Below are positions 19,692-28,541 of a stretch of 55,606 nt of DNA, one piece after another. The stretch's first letter is position 1; every line of letters begins with the position of its first letter. Source of the DNA: a virus. Lineage: Duplodnaviria > Caudoviricetes. The notes beneath the pieces are model-generated. The model searched no databases. It saw nothing but the letters and a program-made list of their open reading frames with translations, and was not told the DNA's origin. The stretch lies in the IMG/VR virus record IMGVR_UViG_3300030106_005674, positions 1 through 55,606 of that record; one strand, written 5' to 3'. The position numbers were made by a program, and so were the translations under genes.

Positions 19692-20618
19692 CTATTTTGT
19701 GTTTTGTCGCCTCTGCCAATTTACAGCAGCTTGTGCTGCTGCAAACCGAGCGTCGGTTGAGTTGGTTCCAAAGTCAATGTAGCTTCGGCTACTTGCTGGG
19801 TTGTTCGCTGACTCTGCACCCGCAGTGAGCTTTGCGGCCGGACGAGGAGCACGCTTCTTCTCACCATGCTTCAGTAAAGCATGTTCGACAGCGATTTCCT
19901 GTGGCGTACCTTTTTCGCGCAAGCTGTTCGCCAAAGCGAGAGCTTCTTCAGACTGATGTACGAGCTTAACGCTAAGTTCGGGATCCCAACCATTGTCAAG
20001 AAGGCCATTCAGAATCTGCGACGTTTCCTCATTATCAATGAGTTCTTTATGCTCAGCATAAAACTTTTCCGCATACTCATTGGCTTGGGCATCAATATCC
20101 TGCTCTACCAGGGCCTGAAACTCTTCATACTGAGCCTTCAACGAATCAAGCTCAGCTTGAGTAGTCTCGTACTTAGTAGTGAATTCAGCCAAACGAGGGT
20201 CTTCTCCCCCGTCCATCATCTGCTTCAATAGGTCCCGCTCAGCGATAATGTCATCTTTCGACGACTCCCACTTTTCACGCTCTTCGTTCCATGCAGTCTG
20301 ACTTGACTCAAACTCCTTTCGCTGGTCTGCGAGAGTCTGGAACTTCTTAGTGTATCCGCCTTCCAGGTTCTTCTGGATAGAACGGACAGGCCCTTGAAGG
20401 TGTTCTGGCAGGGAATCAATGTTCCCATCCCACGCTTCTACATCAAAAACGCTATCAGGTGCGCTCTCCGGGGTTTCAGTTTCAGTCGAATCCGCAGCAG
20501 TTTCCACGGCTTCATTGGTTTCCGTCTCAATCCCTGACGGCTCGGGAGACTCCACCGATGCCGAATCGCCTACATCTACAGACTCAACGGGTTCGGGGCT
20601 GGTCACTTCATCGCTCAT
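19692..20618 (-). CDS. Capsid scaffolding protein
   Basis: Acidic N-terminus, 'GYTKKFQTLADQRK' coiled-coil motif; immediately upstream of the MCP. Confidence 0.8.
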   Translation of the reverse strand: MSDEVTSPEPVESVDVGDSASVESPEPSGIETETNEAVETAADSTETETPESAPDSVFDVEAWDGNIDSLPEHLQGPVRSIQKNLEGGYTKKFQTLADQRKEFESSQTAWNEEREKWESSKDDIIAERDLLKQMMDGGEDPRLAEFTTKYETTQAELDSLKAQYEEFQALVEQDIDAQANEYAEKFYAEHKELIDNEETSQILNGLLDNGWDPELSVKLVHQSEEALALANSLREKGTPQEIAVEHALLKHGEKKRAPRPAAKLTAGAESANNPASSRSYIDFGTNSTDARFAAAQAAVNWQRRQNTK

Positions 20619-20992
20619 TCAAGCTCCTTCTTGTCCTGCTCTTTGTTTTTCTTGTCTTTATCAATAGCAAAACGAACGGCCTGGATACGCATGTCGCGCA
20701 TGCCACCATCGTCACCACTCTTCGGCTCAGGACCGAATCCGAGGTCACGCATTGGTGGAGGCTCTTCCATCTCTCCAAGAGGAGCCTCATCCATGTCTTC
20801 GTCTTTTGGCATTGATTCGTCATCCATGGGAGACTCTTCGGAGTCTTCCTTGGCGTAAATGCGGAGTCCAGAGCCCTCAAGCATCTCGATAATGTCTTGC
20901 CCAGACTTGTTCTCTGAGATTGCATCATCAATCATTCCAGCAGCCTTAGAGGTGCTAGAGTCGGACATATATTCTTCGCGAGTTCCTGGCAT
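20615..20992 (-). CDS. Hypothetical acidic protein
   Basis: Translationally coupled on both sides; Asp/Glu/Met-rich. Confidence 0.7.
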   Translation of the reverse strand: MPGTREEYMSDSSTSKAAGMIDDAISENKSGQDIIEMLEGSGLRIYAKEDSEESPMDDESMPKDEDMDEAPLGEMEEPPPMRDLGFGPEPKSGDDGGMRDMRIQAVRFAIDKDKKNKEQDKKELE

Positions 20993-21264
20993 CAGGCTAC
21001 TCCTTCCATGGCGTCAGCCGCATTTCTTGTATTTTGGATTCGACTCAAAACCGCTTTTCTGCGGCGGTCTGCAAGATTAATTCCTGTATCAACAGCCATA
21101 TCCTCTTGAGGAGGAACCATGTTGGCTGAGGCATCAGAGATTGTACCCTCTTCCGTCATACCAGGAGCAGTCTCTGTATTAGGCACAAGAGAAATAGAGC
21201 GATTGAGTATAAATCGCTCTAGTTGTTCAGTCGGCAGAGCCGAAAGTTCGTCAATTGTGGCCAT
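20992..21264 (-). CDS. Hypothetical protein
   Basis: Coupled to the next gene by a TGATG overlap. Confidence 0.65.
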   Translation of the reverse strand: MATIDELSALPTEQLERFILNRSISLVPNTETAPGMTEEGTISDASANMVPPQEDMAVDTGINLADRRRKAVLSRIQNTRNAADAMEGVA

Positions 21265-21306
21265 CGTTTTCTCTATGAAATTTGTACCTATTTACAGCTA
21301 CTTGTG

Positions 21307-21720
21307 TCAAGTAACACAAATCTTTTTCTCTGCTTTTCCAGACTTCAAATCTCGTTCACGTTTTTCTTCTCGACACCCTTGCTTATGCTCATCGAGAGTA
21401 AGGCCACCTTTCTTCAGAGCAGCGTGCATCTGCTGCTTAGCTCTCCAATTAAAGTCTTGCTCTTCTCGGCTCCCTTTTTCCATAGCATGGACGTTAGGAT
21501 GAGCCTTCATGTAAGCCCTTTTCTGTGCGTTTGTTTCCCACCTAGTTCCAAGCTGCTTACTCACTTCTACATTCGAGAAGACGATTCCGATGGTTCTCAC
21601 CGGGTAGAGGAGAACTTCACACGGACCACCACACTTAGAACATGTTTTGTAGTCTTTAGATGAACAAATAACGTCGGGAATGTCACCGCACTTGGGACAA
21701 TCTTGGTGATAAATCGGCAT
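21307..21720 (-). CDS. FmdB-like zinc-ribbon protein
   Basis: MPIYHQDCPKCG...CSKCGG; this family is common between portal and scaffold genes. Confidence 0.7.
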   Translation of the reverse strand: MPIYHQDCPKCGDIPDVICSSKDYKTCSKCGGPCEVLLYPVRTIGIVFSNVEVSKQLGTRWETNAQKRAYMKAHPNVHAMEKGSREEQDFNWRAKQQMHAALKKGGLTLDEHKQGCREEKRERDLKSGKAEKKICVT

Positions 21721-21861
21721 CTACTCTTCTTTGTCTCCTGAAAACTTTTTTTCCATTTCAGAGAGGTCTTTGGGTTCTACTGGTGTTGGCTTTTCTTCTT
21801 CGTCTTTGCCCATCATGCCTTTTATTTTCTTGGCAGCAGCAATTATAACAAGCGGATTCAT
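21721..21861 (-). CDS. Small hypothetical protein (46 aa)
   Basis: Below the ORF-track cutoff: MNPLVIIAAAKKIKGMMGKDEEEKPTP...; ATGA overlap with the upstream gene and stop abutting the next ATG. Confidence 0.6.
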   Translation of the reverse strand: MNPLVIIAAAKKIKGMMGKDEEEKPTPVEPKDLSEMEKKFSGDKEE

Positions 21862-22082
21862 GAGTCTCCCCGGTTGATGCTTTCGCCATAACCAGTCATC
21901 CCAGCCCCCAAAGCCTTTCCAATTTTAAGAAGATTAAATCGGTCTTTCTTCTTCTTTTCCTCTGTTTCCAGAGCAGAAGAAGCTGCTTCTTTTCTGTCGT
22001 CTGATGGAGACTTTTCTTCTTCTTTCTTCTTAGATCCAGAGAGGGATTGGCCCATTGCTGATAGAGCTTTTCCGAAAGACAT
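21858..22082 (-). CDS. Small hypothetical protein
   Basis: Coupled ORF; internal repeat FGKALSA / IGKALGA. Confidence 0.6.
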   Translation of the reverse strand: MSFGKALSAMGQSLSGSKKKEEEKSPSDDRKEAASSALETEEKKKKDRFNLLKIGKALGAGMTGYGESINRGDS

Positions 22083-22588
22083 TACTCTTCTCCACCAGAC
22101 TTACCCAAAGCACGCTCAATGCGGTTTAGGAGGACTACAAAAGCGTCTCGCTGTGTTCCCGGACCTTCGTTCCGTAGTTGGGCCATGAGACGGTTGCGAG
22201 CCTCTTGAAGCTCTTCTCGACCCATGCTGGGGAAGTCTTCCATTCCCTCACGATCGCGAGTTAGGAATTCAGCATTTTCAGTCCGCTGAGTGTCCATCAC
22301 ATCGCCCGTGTCCACGTCCATTTCAGGGGGACCTGTTACGCCCCGAGAATCTGGATCGAAATCAGCTTGCTTTGCGTTAATCGGAGGAACACTTTGTGTG
22401 TCTGATTGCTGCTGATCCAGCTCTACAGCAGTGTCCATCGCTTCTGTACGCTGAGTGTCCATATCGGGTGGCGAACCGGGCTTGACCGTGCCACCGAACA
22501 ATGTTGAATCTGCATTTCTCTCTGCCTCTCCAACCTGTGCAGCTTCTCGCGCTGCTTTTTGTGCATCAGTCATTTGGTAACGGGACAT
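22082..22588 (-). CDS. Hypothetical protein
   Basis: Coupled after the portal gene; internal repeat MDTQRTE twice. Confidence 0.65.
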   Translation of the reverse strand: MSRYQMTDAQKAAREAAQVGEAERNADSTLFGGTVKPGSPPDMDTQRTEAMDTAVELDQQQSDTQSVPPINAKQADFDPDSRGVTGPPEMDVDTGDVMDTQRTENAEFLTRDREGMEDFPSMGREELQEARNRLMAQLRNEGPGTQRDAFVVLLNRIERALGKSGGEE

Positions 22589-22589
22589 T

Positions 22590-24419
22590 TTATCTCTCCA
22601 GCATTGGGCCGATTGGTTGTGAGCGTCCAGCGCCGCCAGACATGCCGCTCAAAGCATCAGTGGGAATATCAGAAGCGCCTTCCGGCATACCGCCTGTAGC
22701 GATTGTGTCGCCCTCACCAGGCATTGGCATCTGATCCATAGGCGGACCTTGCGGCGGCTGTGGTGGTCCGCCTGCCTGAGCTTGCTGCATCTGCATAGAC
22801 TGCTCCGGGCTTGCCATTACGTCTTTGCCCAAGTCCAGCAAATCAACAATATGGGTGACCAAGTTGCGTTTGTCGACATCCGGAGACTGCAGAAGAACAT
22901 CCAAGAAGTTCTGAATCTTCTTAATTTGAGCCGTCTTCGAGTTCTCTGTCGGACTGTAGGGGACAATCTCGTAATCAATCTCGAGAGGCTCTTCGATGAC
23001 TTCACCGCGAGCCTTCATCTGGTCTGCCAGCATAGGATTGCGGGCGTTGAGATGACGACGGGCAACATTCATTGCCTCGCTTGTTCCTGATGTGCGGACA
23101 GGAATGTCTCGCTCAGACTCGAGGAACTCTTCATACAGACCAATCGTACTAGTCGCCATGTGCTTGATGGCACGATTGATGAGCTTTGTTCTACGGCCAA
23201 GACGTGTACGCATTGCAGCATCTACGAGAGCAAGCTCCGTAGCCACTTCCGATGTTCCGGCAACACCACGAGCATATTCTGGTATGCCGAGAACAAACTG
23301 TATCGTATTCTCAATCCGGTCACGAATCGTATTGAATTCGGGAATGACCGAAGCTGTTGGCGTTTGGCCCAGGATGTCTGCCAAAGGTGCCGCGTTCTTG
23401 CCCATGAGCCTGACGACATCTCCGGGGCTTGTCGCCGTGGAGACCTGATCCATAAAGTCTTCGGGGTTGTCGACGAGCGCTTCGTTGACGATCGTGACCG
23501 GAATAGACGCTTGAGCATGACGAAGCTCCAGAGTGTCAAGCTCATTGAGCCGACGCTGTTGCCGCTCGACAAGCTGACTGTCTGCCATTCCGCCAATGTC
23601 AGCGAGGTTATCGTTGAAGATCAAACGGAAGAATGGGTTTCGCACAAATGTGTAAGGCAAGTCACCCGTAAACAAGGGTTCTTTCTGCCCTTCAAGCATG
23701 TGGTAGTAGCGGTCATTTGTGAAGTCGTAGACCTCGTAGACCACAATCCACTCAAACGTCTTTCGCATCTCCTCGGAGAGCTTCGCAGAAGTGTCTTCGC
23801 GATCGGTCAACCACTTCGGAAACGAGCCGAACTTAGCCTTCTGTGCAACTGCAGGGTCGTACTGCATTGCACCACGCTTCTTTTGTCGCGTGTTGGTGCG
23901 AGCGTAGAACTCTGCTTTTGTCAGCGTAGTGACTTCGATGGCGTAACGAATGTCTTGCCAGCGACTGACAGTCATGTCGTAGAAGAAGTACCGGGGGTCA
24001 ATAACGACAAAGTCCGGACGCTTCAGAGAGAAGTTCCAGACACTCTTGACGATTGACCGGCCATACACCGACGCCATAGTCGACATTCGCCACAAGATTT
24101 CGTGGGCGTCTGCTCGATACAGAACATCGTTAATCAGCGCCTCTCGATACTTTGCCGCAAGCTCAGCTTGCTCGCCTTTTTGTCTTGAGACGCAGGTGAC
24201 GCGCGGAGTAGGAGGGCACACGCTCGCGACCATAGTGTCCGTGAACGCATACAGATAGTTGTTCTCGACCAGGAGACCATCGTTCTCCGGGTCTTGCATC
24301 TCACCCCAAAACTCTGAACGATACCAAGCACGCCACTTGTCGAAGCACTTGTGCTCCTTGTTGGCCTTAGTGACGTGAGCTTCAATCAGAGATTTGATTG
24401 TTTTGGGGTCAAGAGCCAC
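22590..24419 (-). CDS. Portal protein
   Basis: 609 aa; 'IDPRYFFYD', 'GIPEYARGV...ATE' and Gln/Pro/Met-rich tail typical of podovirus portals; downstream of the terminase. Confidence 0.9.
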   Translation of the reverse strand: MALDPKTIKSLIEAHVTKANKEHKCFDKWRAWYRSEFWGEMQDPENDGLLVENNYLYAFTDTMVASVCPPTPRVTCVSRQKGEQAELAAKYREALINDVLYRADAHEILWRMSTMASVYGRSIVKSVWNFSLKRPDFVVIDPRYFFYDMTVSRWQDIRYAIEVTTLTKAEFYARTNTRQKKRGAMQYDPAVAQKAKFGSFPKWLTDREDTSAKLSEEMRKTFEWIVVYEVYDFTNDRYYHMLEGQKEPLFTGDLPYTFVRNPFFRLIFNDNLADIGGMADSQLVERQQRRLNELDTLELRHAQASIPVTIVNEALVDNPEDFMDQVSTATSPGDVVRLMGKNAAPLADILGQTPTASVIPEFNTIRDRIENTIQFVLGIPEYARGVAGTSEVATELALVDAAMRTRLGRRTKLINRAIKHMATSTIGLYEEFLESERDIPVRTSGTSEAMNVARRHLNARNPMLADQMKARGEVIEEPLEIDYEIVPYSPTENSKTAQIKKIQNFLDVLLQSPDVDKRNLVTHIVDLLDLGKDVMASPEQSMQMQQAQAGGPPQPPQGPPMDQMPMPGEGDTIATGGMPEGASDIPTDALSGMSGGAGRSQPIGPMLER

Positions 24420-24619
24420 TACCCTTCACCCTCTTCCTTCTTCTTCTTGCTGTATTCAGAAGCAGCCTTCGCAGCATCTTCACGGTCTTGCTTAGATTTG
24501 CTTTTTCCTGGTGCCTTATTTTTCTTAGCTCTTACAAGACCGCCTTTACCGAAAAGATTCTTAGTCTTTTCGTCCATCTCTTCTTTGGTGATCTCGTCTT
24601 CTTGTTCTTCTTCAAACAT
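24419..24619 (-). CDS. Small charged hypothetical protein
   Basis: GGAG upstream; stop overlaps the portal GTG. Confidence 0.6.
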   Translation of the reverse strand: MFEEEQEDEITKEEMDEKTKNLFGKGGLVRAKKNKAPGKSKSKQDREDAAKAASEYSKKKKEEGEG

Positions 24620-24652
24620 GGCTTCTCCAAATTTGTGGTGAGTGTAACATAG

Positions 24653-24892
24653 TTACGCTTTCTTAGTTTTTGACTTAACTGCTTTGCCCTTGGCGCGGAT
24701 CTTAGCCGCTTCTCGCTTACCAAAAGCACTATTGACTCGAGCCATAGCCCATGCGTGTTGAGAGGTCTTGGGGCGATTGCCAGAACTCATGTATGCAGCG
24801 AGTCCTCGTCGGTAGACTTCTTTCTCGGCTGCGTCCAAATCCTTAAAGCTGCGACCCTTCTTCTTCTTCTCTTTTCCTTTCTTCACGCTCAT
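24653..24892 (-). CDS. Small basic protein, DUF5824-like
   Basis: 'VYRRGLAAYMSSGNRPKTSQHAWAMARVNS' resembles the DUF5824 core. Confidence 0.65.
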   Translation of the reverse strand: MSVKKGKEKKKKGRSFKDLDAAEKEVYRRGLAAYMSSGNRPKTSQHAWAMARVNSAFGKREAAKIRAKGKAVKSKTKKA

Positions 24893-25056
24893 GTGGCGTC
24901 CCTCTCTTTCATCTTAGCGTCGAGCCACTTCTTCTGGCCCTTGGTATACGTCTTACCTTTGTTCTTTTTGTAGAAAGCAGCAATCTGCCTAATGAGCTTG
25001 CCTCTTTTCTTTGGCTGCTTTGAGCCCGACAAATACTTCGGGTTGATTTTTTTCAT
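24889..25056 (-). CDS. Small Lys-rich protein (55 aa)
   Basis: Below the track cutoff: MKKINPKYLSGSKQPKKRGKLIRQIAAFYKK...; ATGA overlaps at both ends. Confidence 0.7.
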   Translation of the reverse strand: MKKINPKYLSGSKQPKKRGKLIRQIAAFYKKNKGKTYTKGQKKWLDAKMKERDAT

Positions 25057-26729
25057 AACCAGTACTTGTCCCTAGTCTTACGTTTCTTGCGGTCCTTTTC
25101 CTTGTGGTGAGCAATACGCTCATCATAAGTCATTGGACGAAATTCAATAACATTGTTGTCGCCGGCCTGAATAGGGCGACGACGGGTAGGAGCCCAACGA
25201 GCACCTACGATTGCCATTATTAGAGCAGAAACTTTATCCCAGTGGTGCCTATCTCGGCGTTTTCTGTTCGGCTGCCCCCGGACAAGCTCAGAGTTCGCGC
25301 CTTCCTCGACTCTTTTGTCATTCTTGTACGACATCAACTGCTCGACAGTGTTTCGGTCGTTGAGGACCAACTCATCGAGCAGACCGTCAATAAGCCAGCC
25401 CAAGGCCTCATCTACAGACTTCGAAGTACTGGTAAATCCGGGCTTCCGGTGCTTTTCGTAGAATACATTCGGGTAGCTCCAGTCACGGAGCAGCGAAAGA
25501 ACACCCTGACCAACACCGTTCGACTCAACGATAATATTAGCCTTGTTGTAGCGCATACCGACCTCAACCAGCTTCTTCGAGAAGGCCAATGGGTCTGAGT
25601 GCTCGGCATAGCAGGCAACTTGTGTCCACTCACCCTCGTAGCACTTTAATACTTGGAAAGATGCGTGATCTCGGGCTGCATGACCGCAGGGGTCCGCCCC
25701 AATGACGTAGTAGGCGCCGTATTCAGGCGGCTCGTACTCCATGTAGGGCCCAGTCCAGTTTTTCATCTCTGCTTTCTGGTGTTTTTCGAGTGCATGAGCC
25801 GGAACAGCAGCATTTGCGGACGAAATCCAACATTCGAGGTCATCTGAGGGGTAGAAAACCTTAAAAAGCTCTGGTTTCCGCCTCAGATACTGGTCAGTCG
25901 ACATCATGAAGCGTCTGAAAGCCAAATTCTCTTTTGTGAGGCCCAGATGCCCAAATTTATTGAGCATATCGATCTCTTCATTCTCCAGAGACCAGCTTTT
26001 GTCCCAGGGACGACGGTTTAGCTTGCCATCCCAGTAGGGAAAGAACTTATAGAGGTGTCGACCCTCTCCTGCTTTGGCCGTAAGGCAGTGCTCATGCCAA
26101 TCTGAGCGGGCCTCCCAGGGTGTACACTCAAAAATTACCAGAGCGTCGTCTCGGTTGGCCAGAGACGGCCAAATCAAGAACATTGAGCCAGAGAAGTCCG
26201 CCCAGAACGCGCACTCAGATGCGTGGAAAGAGTCTGGTGACTGTCCGATACCTACCGCACCAGCTTCCGCGGACAAGATCCGCATTTTTCCGCCCATTTC
26301 GTGTTTGAACGTAAGCTGTCTACTCTCTCGAGAGTGGACTGTGGGTGACCGAATGTCTTCTGGCCACTTTCCATGGAGGTGGTGGACACGTTTGTGCAGA
26401 TATTCTGCCCGGTCAGAGTTGTCCGCGATGCAAACGTGGTCCCAACCGGGAGAATAGGCTGCTTTTGGGTAGCACCCGTACTCAACAGACAGCGATTTAC
26501 CCATCTGACGGGCAGTAAGGATGGTCAAAAACTTGGTTTGGCCATTTTCTGTCCGAGGCGTATTGCTCAGATAGTCCAAAACCTCATTCTGCATCGTGTA
26601 GGTGATGCGGTTTGGGTCATATTTGACGAATTTACTCGTCTTCTGGTCGTGTACCTTGCCAAAAGCAGGGAGCGCCTTCCCCGGATTACGGAGAAACTGC
26701 AACATCTGCTGAGGATTTGGCGCAGCCAT
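25053..26729 (-). CDS. terL: Terminase large subunit
   Basis: Walker A-like TARQMGKS, Walker B-like FHASE, coupling motif ECTP, nuclease acidic motifs IGADP, VESNGVG and HWDKV. Confidence 0.93.
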   Translation of the reverse strand: MAAPNPQQMLQFLRNPGKALPAFGKVHDQKTSKFVKYDPNRITYTMQNEVLDYLSNTPRTENGQTKFLTILTARQMGKSLSVEYGCYPKAAYSPGWDHVCIADNSDRAEYLHKRVHHLHGKWPEDIRSPTVHSRESRQLTFKHEMGGKMRILSAEAGAVGIGQSPDSFHASECAFWADFSGSMFLIWPSLANRDDALVIFECTPWEARSDWHEHCLTAKAGEGRHLYKFFPYWDGKLNRRPWDKSWSLENEEIDMLNKFGHLGLTKENLAFRRFMMSTDQYLRRKPELFKVFYPSDDLECWISSANAAVPAHALEKHQKAEMKNWTGPYMEYEPPEYGAYYVIGADPCGHAARDHASFQVLKCYEGEWTQVACYAEHSDPLAFSKKLVEVGMRYNKANIIVESNGVGQGVLSLLRDWSYPNVFYEKHRKPGFTSTSKSVDEALGWLIDGLLDELVLNDRNTVEQLMSYKNDKRVEEGANSELVRGQPNRKRRDRHHWDKVSALIMAIVGARWAPTRRRPIQAGDNNVIEFRPMTYDERIAHHKEKDRKKRKTRDKYWL

Positions 26730-26732
26730 ACC

Positions 26733-26942
26733 TTAGTACGACCCCTTCTTGACCTTGTAGTGCGGATTTCCGCCGCCTTCCATGCTGTCGACGACCTTGG
26801 AAACTACCTTAGAATCTTTTTTGTGCTTGGTCGAAGCAGCTTTCAGGTTGTCTGACACTTCTGCCAGTGCAGCCTTGGCATCCTTCTTTTTCTTGCTGTC
26901 CTCAACAGCTTCCTTAGCTGCCTTGATTCTGTACTCTTTCAT
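26733..26942 (-). CDS. Small Lys-rich hypothetical protein
   Basis: Coupled by a TAATG overlap. Confidence 0.6.
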   Translation of the reverse strand: MKEYRIKAAKEAVEDSKKKKDAKAALAEVSDNLKAASTKHKKDSKVVSKVVDSMEGGGNPHYKVKKGSY

Positions 26943-27316
26943 TACTTGCTCACTTGTTCGACAATCTCTGTAAATAAGTCTGAAGCATCAAGCTCAGGCT
27001 CTGGAAGTTGCTTTTGTGGCTGAGCTTCAATCACTTGCTTTGGCGGCTCACCGCTCATTTGAACAAGCTGACCGATGATGTTGACGCTGGAGTCTCCTCC
27101 AGTGAGTCCTTCCATAGAGATGAGAGAGTACACCAGTTCTGCCCACTGCCTCATTTCTCGGGCGGCGGACACTGTGACTTCCTTACGCGCGATAGCGCCC
27201 ATCATCTCAGCACCGAAATCTTTTAGGTCATTCGAAGAACGAATTTTTCCAGCCTGAGCCATCTCAAGAATGGCCTCCGGAGTCACCTCATCAGAATCAT
27301 CATCAAACATTACCAC
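26942..27316 (-). CDS. Hypothetical helical protein, possible terminase small subunit
   Basis: Size, helical composition and position upstream of terL; no diagnostic motif. Confidence 0.4.
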   Translation of the reverse strand: MVMFDDDSDEVTPEAILEMAQAGKIRSSNDLKDFGAEMMGAIARKEVTVSAAREMRQWAELVYSLISMEGLTGGDSSVNIIGQLVQMSGEPPKQVIEAQPQKQLPEPELDASDLFTEIVEQVSK

Positions 27317-27621
27317 TTCACCTTGTTTGCCCAGTAGGCTGCGCTGAGTTTGCCCTTAGCAATGTTCTTGCCATGTCGGGCCTTGAAGCTCGCACGCTTC
27401 TTCTTCATCTTGTCAGATTCACCCTGCTTGGGCTTGCCTGCGGTGCTGGCACCTTGCTCACCGAATCGAATTAGTTTTGTCCGGTCGCCTTCTTTCGCCA
27501 TAACTACGTGACTCTTCTTTGGGTGGTCAGGAGTTCTTTTTGGTTGGTTGAACCCTTTTAGGCCCAGCCTCTTCATCACAGCCCGTGCCCGTGCATGCTT
27601 CTTCTTAGCGGTAATCGACAC
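27310..27621 (-). CDS. Basic phage protein ('RASFKARH...SAAYWA..VKW' type)
   Basis: Resembles a conserved basic protein often found near terL in aquatic phages. Confidence 0.7.
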   Translation of the reverse strand: MSITAKKKHARARAVMKRLGLKGFNQPKRTPDHPKKSHVVMAKEGDRTKLIRFGEQGASTAGKPKQGESDKMKKKRASFKARHGKNIAKGKLSAAYWANKVKW

Positions 27622-27629
27622 AACTATTC

Positions 27630-28541
27630 CTATACGTGAGTCATCTTGAGCCAGGAGGGGTGCTGGTCCTTGTACTGCATAAGTATTTTACGACCACCAA
27701 TCACTCGTTCTCCACCGAGTTTATTCTCTCTCAGCCATAATAGCTTTGATTCCAGTGTAGGCCAAACGACGCCATCTTTGTAGAGGGGCCTATCGATTCT
27801 TGTATGACGCGCGCCACTTTTCAGTTGACCATCTATGTACGGATGTTCGACTAATTTTTTTAGTGCAGCCTTGTCGGCATACGAACTTCCGCCATTTACG
27901 CCGCCAGCCCTACGCATCGACTTGCCTTCCAGGAGCGCAAGTGCTACACGAGATACGTGCCGAGACGTACAGGCAGGGCGAAGATCACAGCCCAAGGCCC
28001 ACACCGCGAACCTCTTCTTCGTCATGGCATGCCGAATGAAATTAGACATAAGGCCATACAAGCCTTTTGATACCAGGGCCTGACTCCCGCCCAATAGTTG
28101 TCTTATAGAAGGCTCGCTCAGCCCAGCAAGCCACCAGTAGGTTACCGACATCTCCAATCGGTTAGCGCCTTTCGCCAATTGCCAGAACCCCCTGCTTGGT
28201 TCTATGAGCATCGCGCACGCTGCCTCGTACGGCGTCGGCGGCTCCTTTAAGCCCCACGCTGCCCGTACTTGCTCGGGCCATTCTTTCGGCGCAACCAGAA
28301 ATCCATCGTGAAAAACTCCGTGGCAGAAGTTCCGGTCTTGCCAGACTACCCACCGGATTCCCTCCAGAGTTTTTCTGAACGCAGAATTACTGCACATCGT
28401 CCACTTCTTCTCCCTTTCTATCAGCGGAGTGTAGTAGCCGTTGGCTAATGCCCAGTGGTAGAGCGTCGTGTTTGACTTCGCGAACTGCGTGGCTGGTATT
28501 TCTGGCGACCTATAAAGAAGCGCCATCCAAGGGTCTTGCAT
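27630..28541 (-). CDS. Hypothetical protein with sigma-70 region 4-like HTH; possible late regulator
   Basis: 'YWWLAGLSEPSIRQLLGGSQALVSKGL' fits a sigma4/ArpU-type HTH; first gene of the late arm. Confidence 0.45.
   Translation of the reverse strand: MQDPWMALLYRSPEIPATQFAKSNTTLYHWALANGYYTPLIEREKKWTMCSNSAFRKTLEGIRWVVWQDRNFCHGVFHDGFLVAPKEWPEQVRAAWGLKEPPTPYEAACAMLIEPSRGFWQLAKGANRLEMSVTYWWLAGLSEPSIRQLLGGSQALVSKGLYGLMSNFIRHAMTKKRFAVWALGCDLRPACTSRHVSRVALALLEGKSMRRAGGVNGGSSYADKAALKKLVEHPYIDGQLKSGARHTRIDRPLYKDGVVWPTLESKLLWLRENKLGGERVIGGRKILMQYKDQHPSWLKMTHV

Noticed and set aside
23160-24056. 298-aa plus-strand ORF and the many other antisense ORFs over both arms
   Set aside because: Shadow frames of well-supported genes, with no RBS or motifs.
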